From positions 1,391 through 65,390 of the forward strand of contig CAZSST010000001.1 in NCBI GenBank assembly GCA_964609575.1: a DNA stretch of 64,000 nucleotides, written 5' to 3'. The position numbers and the translations under genes were made by a program. The DNA is from an uncultured Candidatus Cloacimonas sp. Lineage in GTDB: Bacteria; Cloacimonadota; Cloacimonadia; Cloacimonadales; Cloacimonadaceae. The notes under the pieces are model-generated. The model had not been told where the DNA came from. It worked only from the letters and a program-made list of their open reading frames with translations, and did no database searches. Shown here piece after piece: positions 20,553 through 29,722 of this stretch (within the stretch, counting starts at the first letter, position 1; the number at the start of each line of letters is the position of its first letter).

Positions 20553-21121
20553 CAGAGGGTTACTTCCACCAGCAGTGTGTGGTTAGGAGGTTTTGGCAAG
20601 CAGCAGTTAGCTTTTATTCCCTGGTGGTTTAAGCAGAAATCTCTGATAGCGAGTTCCTGCTTTTCCGTCAGCTTGGGAAGCTTAACCTCAAAACGTAATA
20701 AGTTTCTTTCGTGAAATCCCATCATTAGTTCCATAGATTCGTCTGGAAACAGGGAAGCTATTTCCAATAGTAGTTCTTCCGTAAAAATGCTGAGCTCTTG
20801 CCCTGAAAAGGTGCAGTAAAGTTCAGGATCAATATCGGGGATACTAATTTTGAAACGGCGCTTTATTGTTAAAATATTCTTTAGCAAGCAAAGCTCTGCT
20901 TCCAGCCATGGGTAAACAGGTTGGATTATGGTTTCCTCCGTAATCGCGCTTAGGCTGTCTAAAAGCTGCTGCAACTGATCATCGAGGTTTATTCCCGCAT
21001 TGTAAATCTGCTTTCTGGCACTATCCGTAACCGGTTGTTGCGCATAGCCGATAACCACATTCAGCGGGGTTCGCAGATTGTGGATGAGGCCTTCCAGCAG
21101 GTGCAGGGGAATAGCTTTCAT
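20552..21121 (-). CDS. Degenerate histidine kinase / possible histidine phosphotransferase
   Basis: H-box LIHNLRTPLNVVIGYAQ at the N-terminus; no sensor domain and no recognisable N/G boxes; coupled to the response regulator. Confidence 0.65.
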   Translation of the reverse strand: MKAIPLHLLEGLIHNLRTPLNVVIGYAQQPVTDSARKQIYNAGINLDDQLQQLLDSLSAITEETIIQPVYPWLEAELCLLKNILTIKRRFKISIPDIDPELYCTFSGQELSIFTEELLLEIASLFPDESMELMMGFHERNLLRFEVKLPKLTEKQELAIRDFCLNHQGIKANCCLPKPPNHTLLVEVTL

Positions 21122-22318
21122 TTAGCAGTGTGTCTTTTGAAATTCCAACAGTCCGGCTCTGAAAATCTGCATCGCCTTGCACAGATCATCTTTACACAAA
21201 ATATAGGCCAGGCGTAGCTCGTCCCTTCCCATGCCAGGAGTGGCATAAAATCCTTCCGCGGGAGCGGCCATTACGGTTTCGCCATTTACCTGGAAGTCTT
21301 TCAGCAGCCAAATGATAAATTCCTCGGCATCGGCAATGGGGAGCTTGGCCACGATGTAAAAAGCGCCTTCAGGTTTTTTGCAGATGATTCCAGGGATCAT
21401 TTCCAGCTCTGCCATCACCAGATCGCGACGGGCTTTATATTCGGAGCGCATAGCTTCAAAATAGCTGTCTGGCAACGTTATGCATGCATTGGCCGCCAAT
21501 TGATCCACCGTGGGAGGGCAAAGCCTGGCCTGGGCAAATTTTAACGCTGCACCCATCAAATCTTTATTTTTGGAAACAATACAGCCAATTCTGGCTCCGC
21601 AGGCGCTATATCTTTTGGAAACGCTGTCCACCAGGATGGCATTTTTATCAAAATCAGGCACTTCCATCACGCTGGTATGTACAGCACCATCATAGACAAA
21701 TTCACGGTACACTTCGTCCGAAATCAGGAAAAGATTGTGTTTCCTGGCAATGGCAGCAATCCTGAAAATCTCGTCACGATGATAAACTGTGCCAGTGGGA
21801 TTGCCCGGATTACACAGCATGATGGCTTTGGTTGTGGAGCTAATCAGCGCTTCGATTTTATCGGTAGCGGGAAGCGCAAAGCCTGTTTCCGCATAGGTTG
21901 TAAGCGGCACCAGCTTTACTCCGGCCATGGTGGCAAATCCATTGTAATTGGTATAAAAGGGTTCGGGAACGATTATCTCATCATCCACATCACCCACCAC
22001 CATCATCGCGAAGGTTATCGCTTCACTTCCCGCGGTGGTAACGATGATATTATTGGTTTCCAATTCGATGCCCTGATGCCGGTAATATTTCACCAGTCCT
22101 TCACGGTAAATTTCCAGGCCCTGAGAGGGACCATAGGCTAAAACCTTGTCTGAAAATTCATGATATACCTGGATCATTTCCTGAGGAGTTTCGATATCCG
22201 GTTGCCCGATATTTAGATGATACACTTTTATACCCTTTTCCTTGGCTGCAAGTGCATAGGGCATCAACTTGCGAATCGGAGATGCCTGGATCTCCAACGC
22301 CCGCTTTGATAGGTTCAT
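21122..22318 (-). CDS. PLP-dependent aminotransferase class I/II (aspartate aminotransferase-like)
   Basis: LNIGQPD, NPGNPTG, SDEVY, SVSKRYSACGARIG; start at MNLSKR after AAGGAAAG. Confidence 0.93.
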   Translation of the reverse strand: MNLSKRALEIQASPIRKLMPYALAAKEKGIKVYHLNIGQPDIETPQEMIQVYHEFSDKVLAYGPSQGLEIYREGLVKYYRHQGIELETNNIIVTTAGSEAITFAMMVVGDVDDEIIVPEPFYTNYNGFATMAGVKLVPLTTYAETGFALPATDKIEALISSTTKAIMLCNPGNPTGTVYHRDEIFRIAAIARKHNLFLISDEVYREFVYDGAVHTSVMEVPDFDKNAILVDSVSKRYSACGARIGCIVSKNKDLMGAALKFAQARLCPPTVDQLAANACITLPDSYFEAMRSEYKARRDLVMAELEMIPGIICKKPEGAFYIVAKLPIADAEEFIIWLLKDFQVNGETVMAAPAEGFYATPGMGRDELRLAYILCKDDLCKAMQIFRAGLLEFQKTHC

Positions 22319-22480
22319 AGTTCTTTCCTTATAATAGATATTTCTCTTTAAGTGCCGATAATTACAAGTGCAAAAAAAAGACAAGCAAAATCTTTAATAC
22401 TGCCCCAATTTTACAACACCAGAGAGGGGGAGGGCAACGCTTTGGGAATATCATTATGCGTTACATAGAGCTCACACATC

Positions 22481-22527
22481 ATTCCCATGCACTGGCATGG
22501 GGGTTGCATGGGGATTGCATGGAAAGG
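22481..22527. repeat. 11-nt period array (family B) with inverted unit
   Basis: attcccatgc-actg-gcatgggggtt/gcatggggatt/gcatggaaagg. Confidence 0.7.
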
Positions 22528-22624
22528 TAGTAAGGAAGATAGACAAGAAGTACTGGCCTTCAGCAAGGAATAAAGGTTGGGTTACACTCATCAGCCGTTC
22601 CACCCCTTCAGTATCCAAAGCGCT

Positions 22625-23362
22625 TCAATTCTCCAGCGCTTCCACCGCCTCATCCACAGGCAATACTCTTAGCCCCAGGTTATGTACATAATCCATAATT
22701 TCGCCGAAGGTATCAGAATCGCAATTTGAGCCATAGGGATTTGTTGCTCCCTCAATTTCATGAAAGCCAATGATGATCAGTTCTTCATGAGCGGCGATGC
22801 CACGCTGGATGCGAGCTTTTATCACACTGGAATTCCATCCGGATTGATAAGGCAGATAACCGAGCCCCAGGCGATCAAGAGGGACGTGCATCGGGGTATC
22901 CATGGAACCTCTGATATTGCGATAATACTCGGCAATGATGGGAAAATACTCCAAAGGGCATTCCCCAAAGGGCAGAGCGAAAGAACGGGGATACAAATCC
23001 CAGGCATAAAGGCTGTCATAATCGGTAATAATGGCTTGGCGAGCTTCCGGATAGGTTAGATTCACCAAGTTTTCGTGATTTATGGTATGCCCACCGATTT
23101 CCCAGGCGTAATCTGCATAAAGGGATTGCAATTCATTTTTCAGCATGTAATTGGGCCTGTGCAGTTTTCCCGAATTTACAAAACAGGTGCCGCGAAAACC
23201 ATATTGCTGCATTATAGGCAGGGCAACGCGATAAACACCTTCGTGCTGATCGTCAAAAGTGAAACAAATAATGGGATCATCGGCACCTGATATACTTACA
23301 AAGCGGCATGAAGCCAGCAGCAAGAACAGCACAAAGGCAAGCAAAAACCTTTTAAAAGCCAA
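22625..23362 (-). CDS. Polysaccharide deacetylase (CE4/NodB) family lipoprotein
   Basis: Lipobox LASC, FTFDD, GHTINH, FALPFG, IGFH motifs. Confidence 0.88.
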   Translation of the reverse strand: MAFKRFLLAFVLFLLLASCRFVSISGADDPIICFTFDDQHEGVYRVALPIMQQYGFRGTCFVNSGKLHRPNYMLKNELQSLYADYAWEIGGHTINHENLVNLTYPEARQAIITDYDSLYAWDLYPRSFALPFGECPLEYFPIIAEYYRNIRGSMDTPMHVPLDRLGLGYLPYQSGWNSSVIKARIQRGIAAHEELIIIGFHEIEGATNPYGSNCDSDTFGEIMDYVHNLGLRVLPVDEAVEALEN

Positions 23363-24371
23363 AGTTCAGCTCCGCTGTCAGTCCGGCCTGATGGAGATTG
23401 GAGTTCTCACCACTGATGAGGTATCGGTAGTAAACTCCCAAATGCTGCTTTAACACGGGAATCCATCTAAGATTGATGTATGGGATAATCTGACTATCAT
23501 CCTTCAGATAATCGAGCCTGCTACCAGCGGAAATGATGCACTTGCCAAGCTTTTTTCCCAGGGCTGTATCCAGGCTGGTATGTGAAGTTCCATTTGGATT
23601 AAGCTCTTTGTAAATTCCTTGCAGATATAAGCTGTAATTCGGGCCAATACTGTTATTTGCTTCAAAATGGAAGAAAGGACTGAAGGAAGCAGCGCGCTCT
23701 TTATAATCGGGATAATAGGCCCCGGCAGCAGTGGAAGATATCTCCAGGCCGGATGCGTGGTAATAAAAATGCGCAGCTCCAATAAACACCGGTTGATGCC
23801 AGTGAGTATCGAAGGTTTGAATCTCCTGAACCAAAGTTACTGAGCCATTGTTTCTTAGAACGGGGATATCTTCGCTAACGCGGCCAATGGCCTGACTATT
23901 CAGATTTCCGCCGATTTCCAGATTTACATCGATCCGTGAAGGATATTCCACAAAGATACCATTGAAGCGATTTGGTAAAAAGAGATACTCATCCATATCG
24001 GGATTGATATCTACAGTGGGATGAAGCTGGAAACCCCTGGCGTAACCGCTGGGCTTGATAAGGCCACCGAAATTGAACTTTGAGCCATGATAACTGAGCC
24101 GGGCTTTGTGCACTTCCATATATGTTTGCAAAAAATTAGCCCTGCTGCGTATTTCTATATCCACGCCAAACTCGTGGTAGCGAAGCGAATCCACACCTAA
24201 CGAAAGGCGATAGAAATCACTATAGGCAAGCTCTTTGGTAGCTTGCTGGGGTGCATAACTGAAGCAATTGGCAGAAACCCATCTCAGGTTCAAGGGAATC
24301 TCGATCGCCACCATCAGGCATGGAAACAGTAGTATTGCAGCCAATAAAGGCAATGATCGAGAGTGCTTCAT
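23352..24371 (-). CDS. Hypothetical outer-membrane beta-barrel-like protein
   Basis: Signal peptide, alternating amphipathic strands, C-terminal LNFGF ending in Phe. Confidence 0.6.
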   Translation of the reverse strand: MKHSRSLPLLAAILLFPCLMVAIEIPLNLRWVSANCFSYAPQQATKELAYSDFYRLSLGVDSLRYHEFGVDIEIRSRANFLQTYMEVHKARLSYHGSKFNFGGLIKPSGYARGFQLHPTVDINPDMDEYLFLPNRFNGIFVEYPSRIDVNLEIGGNLNSQAIGRVSEDIPVLRNNGSVTLVQEIQTFDTHWHQPVFIGAAHFYYHASGLEISSTAAGAYYPDYKERAASFSPFFHFEANNSIGPNYSLYLQGIYKELNPNGTSHTSLDTALGKKLGKCIISAGSRLDYLKDDSQIIPYINLRWIPVLKQHLGVYYRYLISGENSNLHQAGLTAELNFGF

Positions 24372-24384
24372 GAGCGTAAGCCAA

Positions 24385-25011
24385 TCAGTTTGAAATATTT
24401 ACTCCGCTATGCAAGATTTGCCGGATGGAGCCGATGAGGCCTTCGATGCTTACTTGATGATCGCTGGCCAGCCATTGCCACAAAACCATATCCATCGACC
24501 CTACTAAAAGGTATGCCAAAGCTTCGGGATCGATTTTCTTGATCTGTTTTTTGCTAACTGCCTTGGTAGTGATCTCCTTCACATAATCAACATATTGATG
24601 CAGGGGATTGTAGCCGGGATTGCGCATTGTGAAACTTTCGCTTTGACGGGCTTCCACGGTAATAAAACGAGCGATATAGGGCTTTTCATTTACCAGTTCG
24701 ATATGATGCTGGAAAAACGCAACTAATCTTTCCATGGGGTCTGAGATGGATTTGGTGGATTCGATGATGGCTTTTATCTCTGTATCGATTATTTCTTTCA
24801 TGCATTGCTGAAGTAGATCATCTTTACTTTCAAAATACACATAAACAGTTCCCAAAGCAACTCTGGCTTTTTTAGCCACGTCGGCTATGGTAGCCAGGTG
24901 TGAACCCTTTCGGGCAAAAACTTCAATAGCCGCTTCCAGTATGAGCTCCCGCTTGTTTTGTCTACCCGCGGGACGATTTCCCTTTGTTTGCCTTTTCATA
25001 CATTTCTCCAT
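24385..25011 (-). CDS. TetR/AcrR family transcriptional regulator
   Basis: ILEAAIEVFARKG...TIADVAKKARVALGTVYVYFESKDDL HTH. Confidence 0.95.
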   Translation of the reverse strand: MEKCMKRQTKGNRPAGRQNKRELILEAAIEVFARKGSHLATIADVAKKARVALGTVYVYFESKDDLLQQCMKEIIDTEIKAIIESTKSISDPMERLVAFFQHHIELVNEKPYIARFITVEARQSESFTMRNPGYNPLHQYVDYVKEITTKAVSKKQIKKIDPEALAYLLVGSMDMVLWQWLASDHQVSIEGLIGSIRQILHSGVNISN

Positions 25012-25158
25012 TTCATTTGAACCATTTTGACCAAAAAAACAAAGAGGGTTAAGCTGTCAATGGAATTTCGATTGACATAAAACTGGATGTAAAATTTTAA
25101 TCGCGATCATCAAGGTAATGATTACTTCTTCCCAGAAAGAAAAATATTAGATGAGGAA

Positions 25159-26361
25159 ATGATAAAAATGGCAAAGCTTCTGCTCTGCATTAGCGGTGGC
25201 ATCGCTGCCTATAAGGCCATTGACCTGGCCAGACAGTTATATAAGGCCGGACATGAAGTACGCTGTGTACTAACGGCCAATGCCTGTGAATTCGTTAGCC
25301 CTTTAAGTTTTGAAGTGGTAACAGGTAATTCTGCGGAAACACAGCTTTTCGGCAATAAAGACCGCATCATTCATATCAGTCTTGCAGATTGGGCAGATTT
25401 AGTAGTAGTGGCCCCTGCCACAGCGAATATAATGGCCAAAGCAGTACAGGGGATTGCGGACGACCTGCTTTCTTCCTTGCTTTTGGCACATACAAAGCCT
25501 GTGTTGTTCGTGCCTGCCATGAATGTGCATATGTATAAATCTGTTCCAAATCAGGAAAACATGGAAACCCTGAAAAAACGCGGGCATCACGTACTGGAAC
25601 CCGCTACAGGACTGCTTGCCTGTGGATACGAAGGAAAGGGAAAATATCCTCCCAATGAGGAGATAAGCTATGCCATTCACACATTTTTGGACTACCGAGA
25701 AGACCTGAAAGGAATAAAAGTACTACTTACTGCCGGGGCTACACAGGAAGCAATTGATCCCATGCGCTTTATCAGCAATCACTCCAGCGGAAAAATGGGT
25801 TTGGCACTGGCCCGGGCATTGGCTTTGCGTGGAGCAGAAGTATGCCTGGTGTATGGAAGCATTAGCGAAGAAATCCCCTATTACTTGAAGGAAGCAGTGT
25901 GCACTATCACCGCTACGGAAATGGAGAAAGCAATCATGAAGCGCTTTCCTGAATATGATTGGATAATAAAATGCGCCGCAGTGGCAGATTACATGCCCCA
26001 AAAATATGAACAGGATAAACTTCCAAAAACACAGCAGATGCAGCTTTCATTGGTGGCCACTCCTGATATATTGAAACAACTGGGGGAAAAAAGAACGGCT
26101 AAACAAAAGCTGATTGGTTTTGCTGCTGTTTCCGGAGACATTGTACCTACTGCCCTGAAGAAATTGAAACATAAGAAACTGGATATGATTTGTGGTAATA
26201 ACACTGGCGTAGCTGGAAAAGACGTTACCGAGATAATCGTGATGGGAAAACTGAAGCAGGCCAAGCCTTTGGATATAGACCCCGAGTATAGTACTGCATG
26301 CTATTCTGGCAATAAATTCAATGTGGCTCATAAAATAATCGACGCCATTAAAACCTTATGA
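25159..26361 (+). CDS. coaBC: Bifunctional phosphopantothenoylcysteine decarboxylase/synthetase
   Basis: GGIAAYKA, APATAN, PAMN, LACG, IDPMRFISNHSSGKMG, AAVADY. Confidence 0.96.
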   Translation: MIKMAKLLLCISGGIAAYKAIDLARQLYKAGHEVRCVLTANACEFVSPLSFEVVTGNSAETQLFGNKDRIIHISLADWADLVVVAPATANIMAKAVQGIADDLLSSLLLAHTKPVLFVPAMNVHMYKSVPNQENMETLKKRGHHVLEPATGLLACGYEGKGKYPPNEEISYAIHTFLDYREDLKGIKVLLTAGATQEAIDPMRFISNHSSGKMGLALARALALRGAEVCLVYGSISEEIPYYLKEAVCTITATEMEKAIMKRFPEYDWIIKCAAVADYMPQKYEQDKLPKTQQMQLSLVATPDILKQLGEKRTAKQKLIGFAAVSGDIVPTALKKLKHKKLDMICGNNTGVAGKDVTEIIVMGKLKQAKPLDIDPEYSTACYSGNKFNVAHKIIDAIKTL

Positions 26362-27101
26362 AACTAATGCTGGTCACCGGTGCCAATGGTCAGATAGGTA
26401 ACTTTCTGGCCAGGCAGTATTATGAAGAAGGATACGCTTTGGCATTGCTTTATCATAAGCGGGATGATCGTTTACAAGATTTGAGTAATATTCCCCGGAT
26501 CTATATGGAAGCGGTTGATCTGATTGACATAGCAGCGCTAAAGCAAAGCTTGGAAAGAATTGCAGCCCTTTTTGGAACAAGCCCGGAAATACTTATTCAC
26601 ACCGCTGCGGTCCGCAGTTATGATGCCATGCCCTTGTATAATAGCGATCCGGAGCTATTCGCGAAGATTATGGACGCCAATGTAGTTGCCGCTTATAATA
26701 TTCTGCGGGTAGTATTACCTTTTATGAAGGAAAAGAGCTATGGCCGGGTAATAATGTTTGGCAGCGACGTTACGCATAGCGGTTTAAAATGTGGCTCTGC
26801 CTACGCTGCGGCTAAAAGTGCGATAGTATCTTTGGTGAAAAGTACGGCCCTGGAAATGGCTGATTACGGAGTTATGATTAATGCCATCTCTCCGGGACCG
26901 GTGGAAACAGCGCTGGAAGAAGATTACCATGGTGAGTATCTGAGATTCCGGCAGCAGTATTTTGATGAACACAAAGCCAAAGCACCCACAGGAAGATTGA
27001 TCCAGCGTGGAGAGATCAAGAAAATGACTGATCTTTTAATCAGTCCTGAGATAATGAATTTAACCGGTGAAGAATTACTGATCCGGGGAGGATTAACATG
27101 A
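26358..27101 (+). CDS. SDR family oxidoreductase
   Basis: TGANGQIG, YAAAKS, NAISPGPVET. Confidence 0.9.
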   Translation: MKLMLVTGANGQIGNFLARQYYEEGYALALLYHKRDDRLQDLSNIPRIYMEAVDLIDIAALKQSLERIAALFGTSPEILIHTAAVRSYDAMPLYNSDPELFAKIMDANVVAAYNILRVVLPFMKEKSYGRVIMFGSDVTHSGLKCGSAYAAAKSAIVSLVKSTALEMADYGVMINAISPGPVETALEEDYHGEYLRFRQQYFDEHKAKAPTGRLIQRGEIKKMTDLLISPEIMNLTGEELLIRGGLT

Positions 27102-27862
27102 AATTGCGAACTGCAATACTAAGCATAATAATAATGATAATGGTGATTCCCTTGTTCTCAGTACCTTTCATGGACGGAGAAAAGCTTACCTTTGACGTGA
27201 AATATGGAATTATTAATGCAGCTGAAGCATCCCTGGAAGCCAAGTCTGCCACTTATCAGGGAAAACCGGTGTGGCAATTGACCACTAACGCCAAAACTCA
27301 TCCCTTTTTTGATAAGGTGTTTAAAGTAAGAGACAAAGTGGAATCGTGGTGGGATAAGGAAACCCTTTTACCTTATAAATTCTCTAAAAACCTGCAAGAG
27401 GGTGGTTACCGGCAGCACCGTGTGCATATATATAATCACAGCAAGAAAAGCTCCACATATCAGAAGTGGCATTTCAAAGACAGCTATTTCGAAAACAAAG
27501 AAATCGCCATCCCAGCTAATACCCAGGATATTCTGAGTGCTTTCTACACGGTTAGGGCCCAAAATCTGGAAGTGGGGAAAGCGGTGCGGGTGCATATTAC
27601 TGCAGACGGACGTTCCATGAATACCGAGATATTGGTGCATCGCCGTGAAAAACGCAAAACGATCTTTGGGGATGTGAATTGTCTGGTGATTGAACCAAAA
27701 CTGAAAGGGGAAGCGGTGTTTAAGCAAAGCGGCAGAATCCTTATCTGGCTAACCGATGATCAATATAAAATCCCTGTACGCCTGGAAAGTAAGATTACCT
27801 TTGGGAGCTTTGTAGCAACCTTAAGAAGTGCCAAACAGGTACCGCTAAGCATCAAGCCATGA
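27098..27862 (+). CDS. DUF3108 domain-containing exported protein
   Basis: Signal peptide, GEKLTF, QDILSAFY, IWLTDDQYKIPVRLES. Confidence 0.8.
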   Translation: MKLRTAILSIIIMIMVIPLFSVPFMDGEKLTFDVKYGIINAAEASLEAKSATYQGKPVWQLTTNAKTHPFFDKVFKVRDKVESWWDKETLLPYKFSKNLQEGGYRQHRVHIYNHSKKSSTYQKWHFKDSYFENKEIAIPANTQDILSAFYTVRAQNLEVGKAVRVHITADGRSMNTEILVHRREKRKTIFGDVNCLVIEPKLKGEAVFKQSGRILIWLTDDQYKIPVRLESKITFGSFVATLRSAKQVPLSIKP

Positions 27863-28899
27863 GTGTTGATCTGCGGTCTTTGAAAGCCTACGATTATGAG
27901 CTTCCTAAGGAGCTTATTGCCCAAAAACCCCTTGAAAAAAGAAGCTCATCACGCTTACTGCATTTAAATAAACAGACTGGTGAACTCAGGCACATGGTGT
28001 TTTCAGATATCGCGGCCTTGCTTCATCCGGGAGATTTGATGGTGGTGAATAGCAGCAAGGTTTTTCCGGCCAGGCTCTTTGGGAAAAAAGAAAACGGTAC
28101 CAAAATAGAACTACTGCTCTTGAATGAGCTGGCCACTGGTAAATGGCAGTGTCTGGTATCGCCCGGGAAAAGGGTTAAAACAGCGCAGTGGCTGAGTTTT
28201 TCGCCTACTCTGAAAGGATTTATCAGTATCGGCGATCCTGAGGGCTTGCGAGAGATAACATTTGAACCCATAGATGCATTATGGCAAGAGATATACCATC
28301 TTGGCCATGTACCCTTACCGCCATATATCGAAAGAAACGATACCAGGGAAGACAGCATACGTTACCAAACCGTATTTGCCCGTGAAGTTGGTTCGGTAGC
28401 AGCTCCCACAGCCGGATTACACTTCGATGAAGCATTGCTGAAAAGCATCAAAGATAAGGGAGTGGAGATAGTGGATGTTACTCTTCATGTGGGTATTGGT
28501 ACTTTTCGGCCCGTTAAAACCCAAGACATCACGGCCCACACAATGCATAAGGAACTTGCCGCCATCTCAGCATCCACAGCCCTGGCGATAGATAAAGCCA
28601 AGGCCGAAGGACGACGCATTGTCTGCGTTGGCACCACCAGCGTCCGCACTGTGGAGAGTTTTTATGGTGAATCCAGTATCAGTTCTGGAACCAAATGGAC
28701 GGATATTTTTATCTATCCTGGCTATGAATTCAAGGTGCCTGATGCCATCATCACCAATTTTCATTTGCCCCAATCTACGCTTTTGATGATGATCTCTGCT
28801 TTTGCAGGGCATGATTTGATCATGAAGGCCTATCAAGAAGCAGTTTTGGCCAAGTATCGGTTTTTCAGCTATGGTGATGCCATGTTCATTGAGGCTTAG
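27859..28899 (+). CDS. queA: S-adenosylmethionine:tRNA ribosyltransferase-isomerase
   Basis: LPKELIAQ, PLPPYI, YQTV, GSVAAPTAGLHF, VGTT, TNFHLP, YRFFSYGDAM. Confidence 0.98.
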   Translation: MSVDLRSLKAYDYELPKELIAQKPLEKRSSSRLLHLNKQTGELRHMVFSDIAALLHPGDLMVVNSSKVFPARLFGKKENGTKIELLLLNELATGKWQCLVSPGKRVKTAQWLSFSPTLKGFISIGDPEGLREITFEPIDALWQEIYHLGHVPLPPYIERNDTREDSIRYQTVFAREVGSVAAPTAGLHFDEALLKSIKDKGVEIVDVTLHVGIGTFRPVKTQDITAHTMHKELAAISASTALAIDKAKAEGRRIVCVGTTSVRTVESFYGESSISSGTKWTDIFIYPGYEFKVPDAIITNFHLPQSTLLMMISAFAGHDLIMKAYQEAVLAKYRFFSYGDAMFIEA

Positions 28900-28900
28900 C

Positions 28901-29626
28901 ATGCGGAATTACTTCTACTATGAGCAATCCGATAATACCATGGTTGAGTATCAGAAACTGAAAGAGCTATATGATGTACCTATTGCCCTGCGTGCCGGAA
29001 CACAACGCAGTGGTATTGGCAGGGCAGATCATATCTGGCTTTCTCCTTATGGAGGGCTGTGGTTTTCATTTGATATTCATCTGTCCTTTTCCCTGCCATC
29101 GTTTGCCCTGTATGCAGGTGCCTGTCTTCATAAGTGTTTGATTAGCTTGTTTTCCGCTCTGGAAGGACATTTAACCTTGAAGTGGACTAATGATCTGATG
29201 TACGATGATAAAAAGCTGGGGGGGATTCTCTGCCGTTATAATCAACGTAATTCTCTCTATCAAATCGGGGTGGGCATCAATACCAATAATGCCATCGATC
29301 CTGATCTGGGAAAGTTTGGGGCGGTTGCCCTGGGCAATATATTGAATTTCAAGATATCCAATGAATGCCTTTGCCGCATGCTGATAACAGAGATGGAAGA
29401 GAACTTGATTAAGGATGATAGCGAGCTTTCATTTCTCACCTACTGCAATGATAATCTCTTTGGAAAGGGGAGATGGGCAGTGGTGGAAATGGGGGGATTG
29501 AAAACCAACGCTGAAATTCTGGGTATCGACGCCAGCGGGGCACTTATGATTCGCAGGGAAATGGGTGAGTATAATCGTATCCATACAGGATCAATCCTAT
29601 ATTTCCTTGAGCCCGCCAAGGTCTGA
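28901..29626 (+). CDS. birA: Biotin protein ligase (monofunctional, no N-terminal HTH)
   Basis: QRSGIGR...WLSPYGGLWFS, KWTNDL, KKLGGIL, IGVGIN, GIDASGAL. Confidence 0.85.
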   Translation: MRNYFYYEQSDNTMVEYQKLKELYDVPIALRAGTQRSGIGRADHIWLSPYGGLWFSFDIHLSFSLPSFALYAGACLHKCLISLFSALEGHLTLKWTNDLMYDDKKLGGILCRYNQRNSLYQIGVGINTNNAIDPDLGKFGAVALGNILNFKISNECLCRMLITEMEENLIKDDSELSFLTYCNDNLFGKGRWAVVEMGGLKTNAEILGIDASGALMIRREMGEYNRIHTGSILYFLEPAKV

Positions 29627-29722
29627 GAGATCATGGAATCAAAATGGTTTTTCTTGACAGAAGAGACAGTTTGAAAACTTATGCCAAAAATAGATAATTC
29701 ATGCGCCAAACATGGAGGAACA

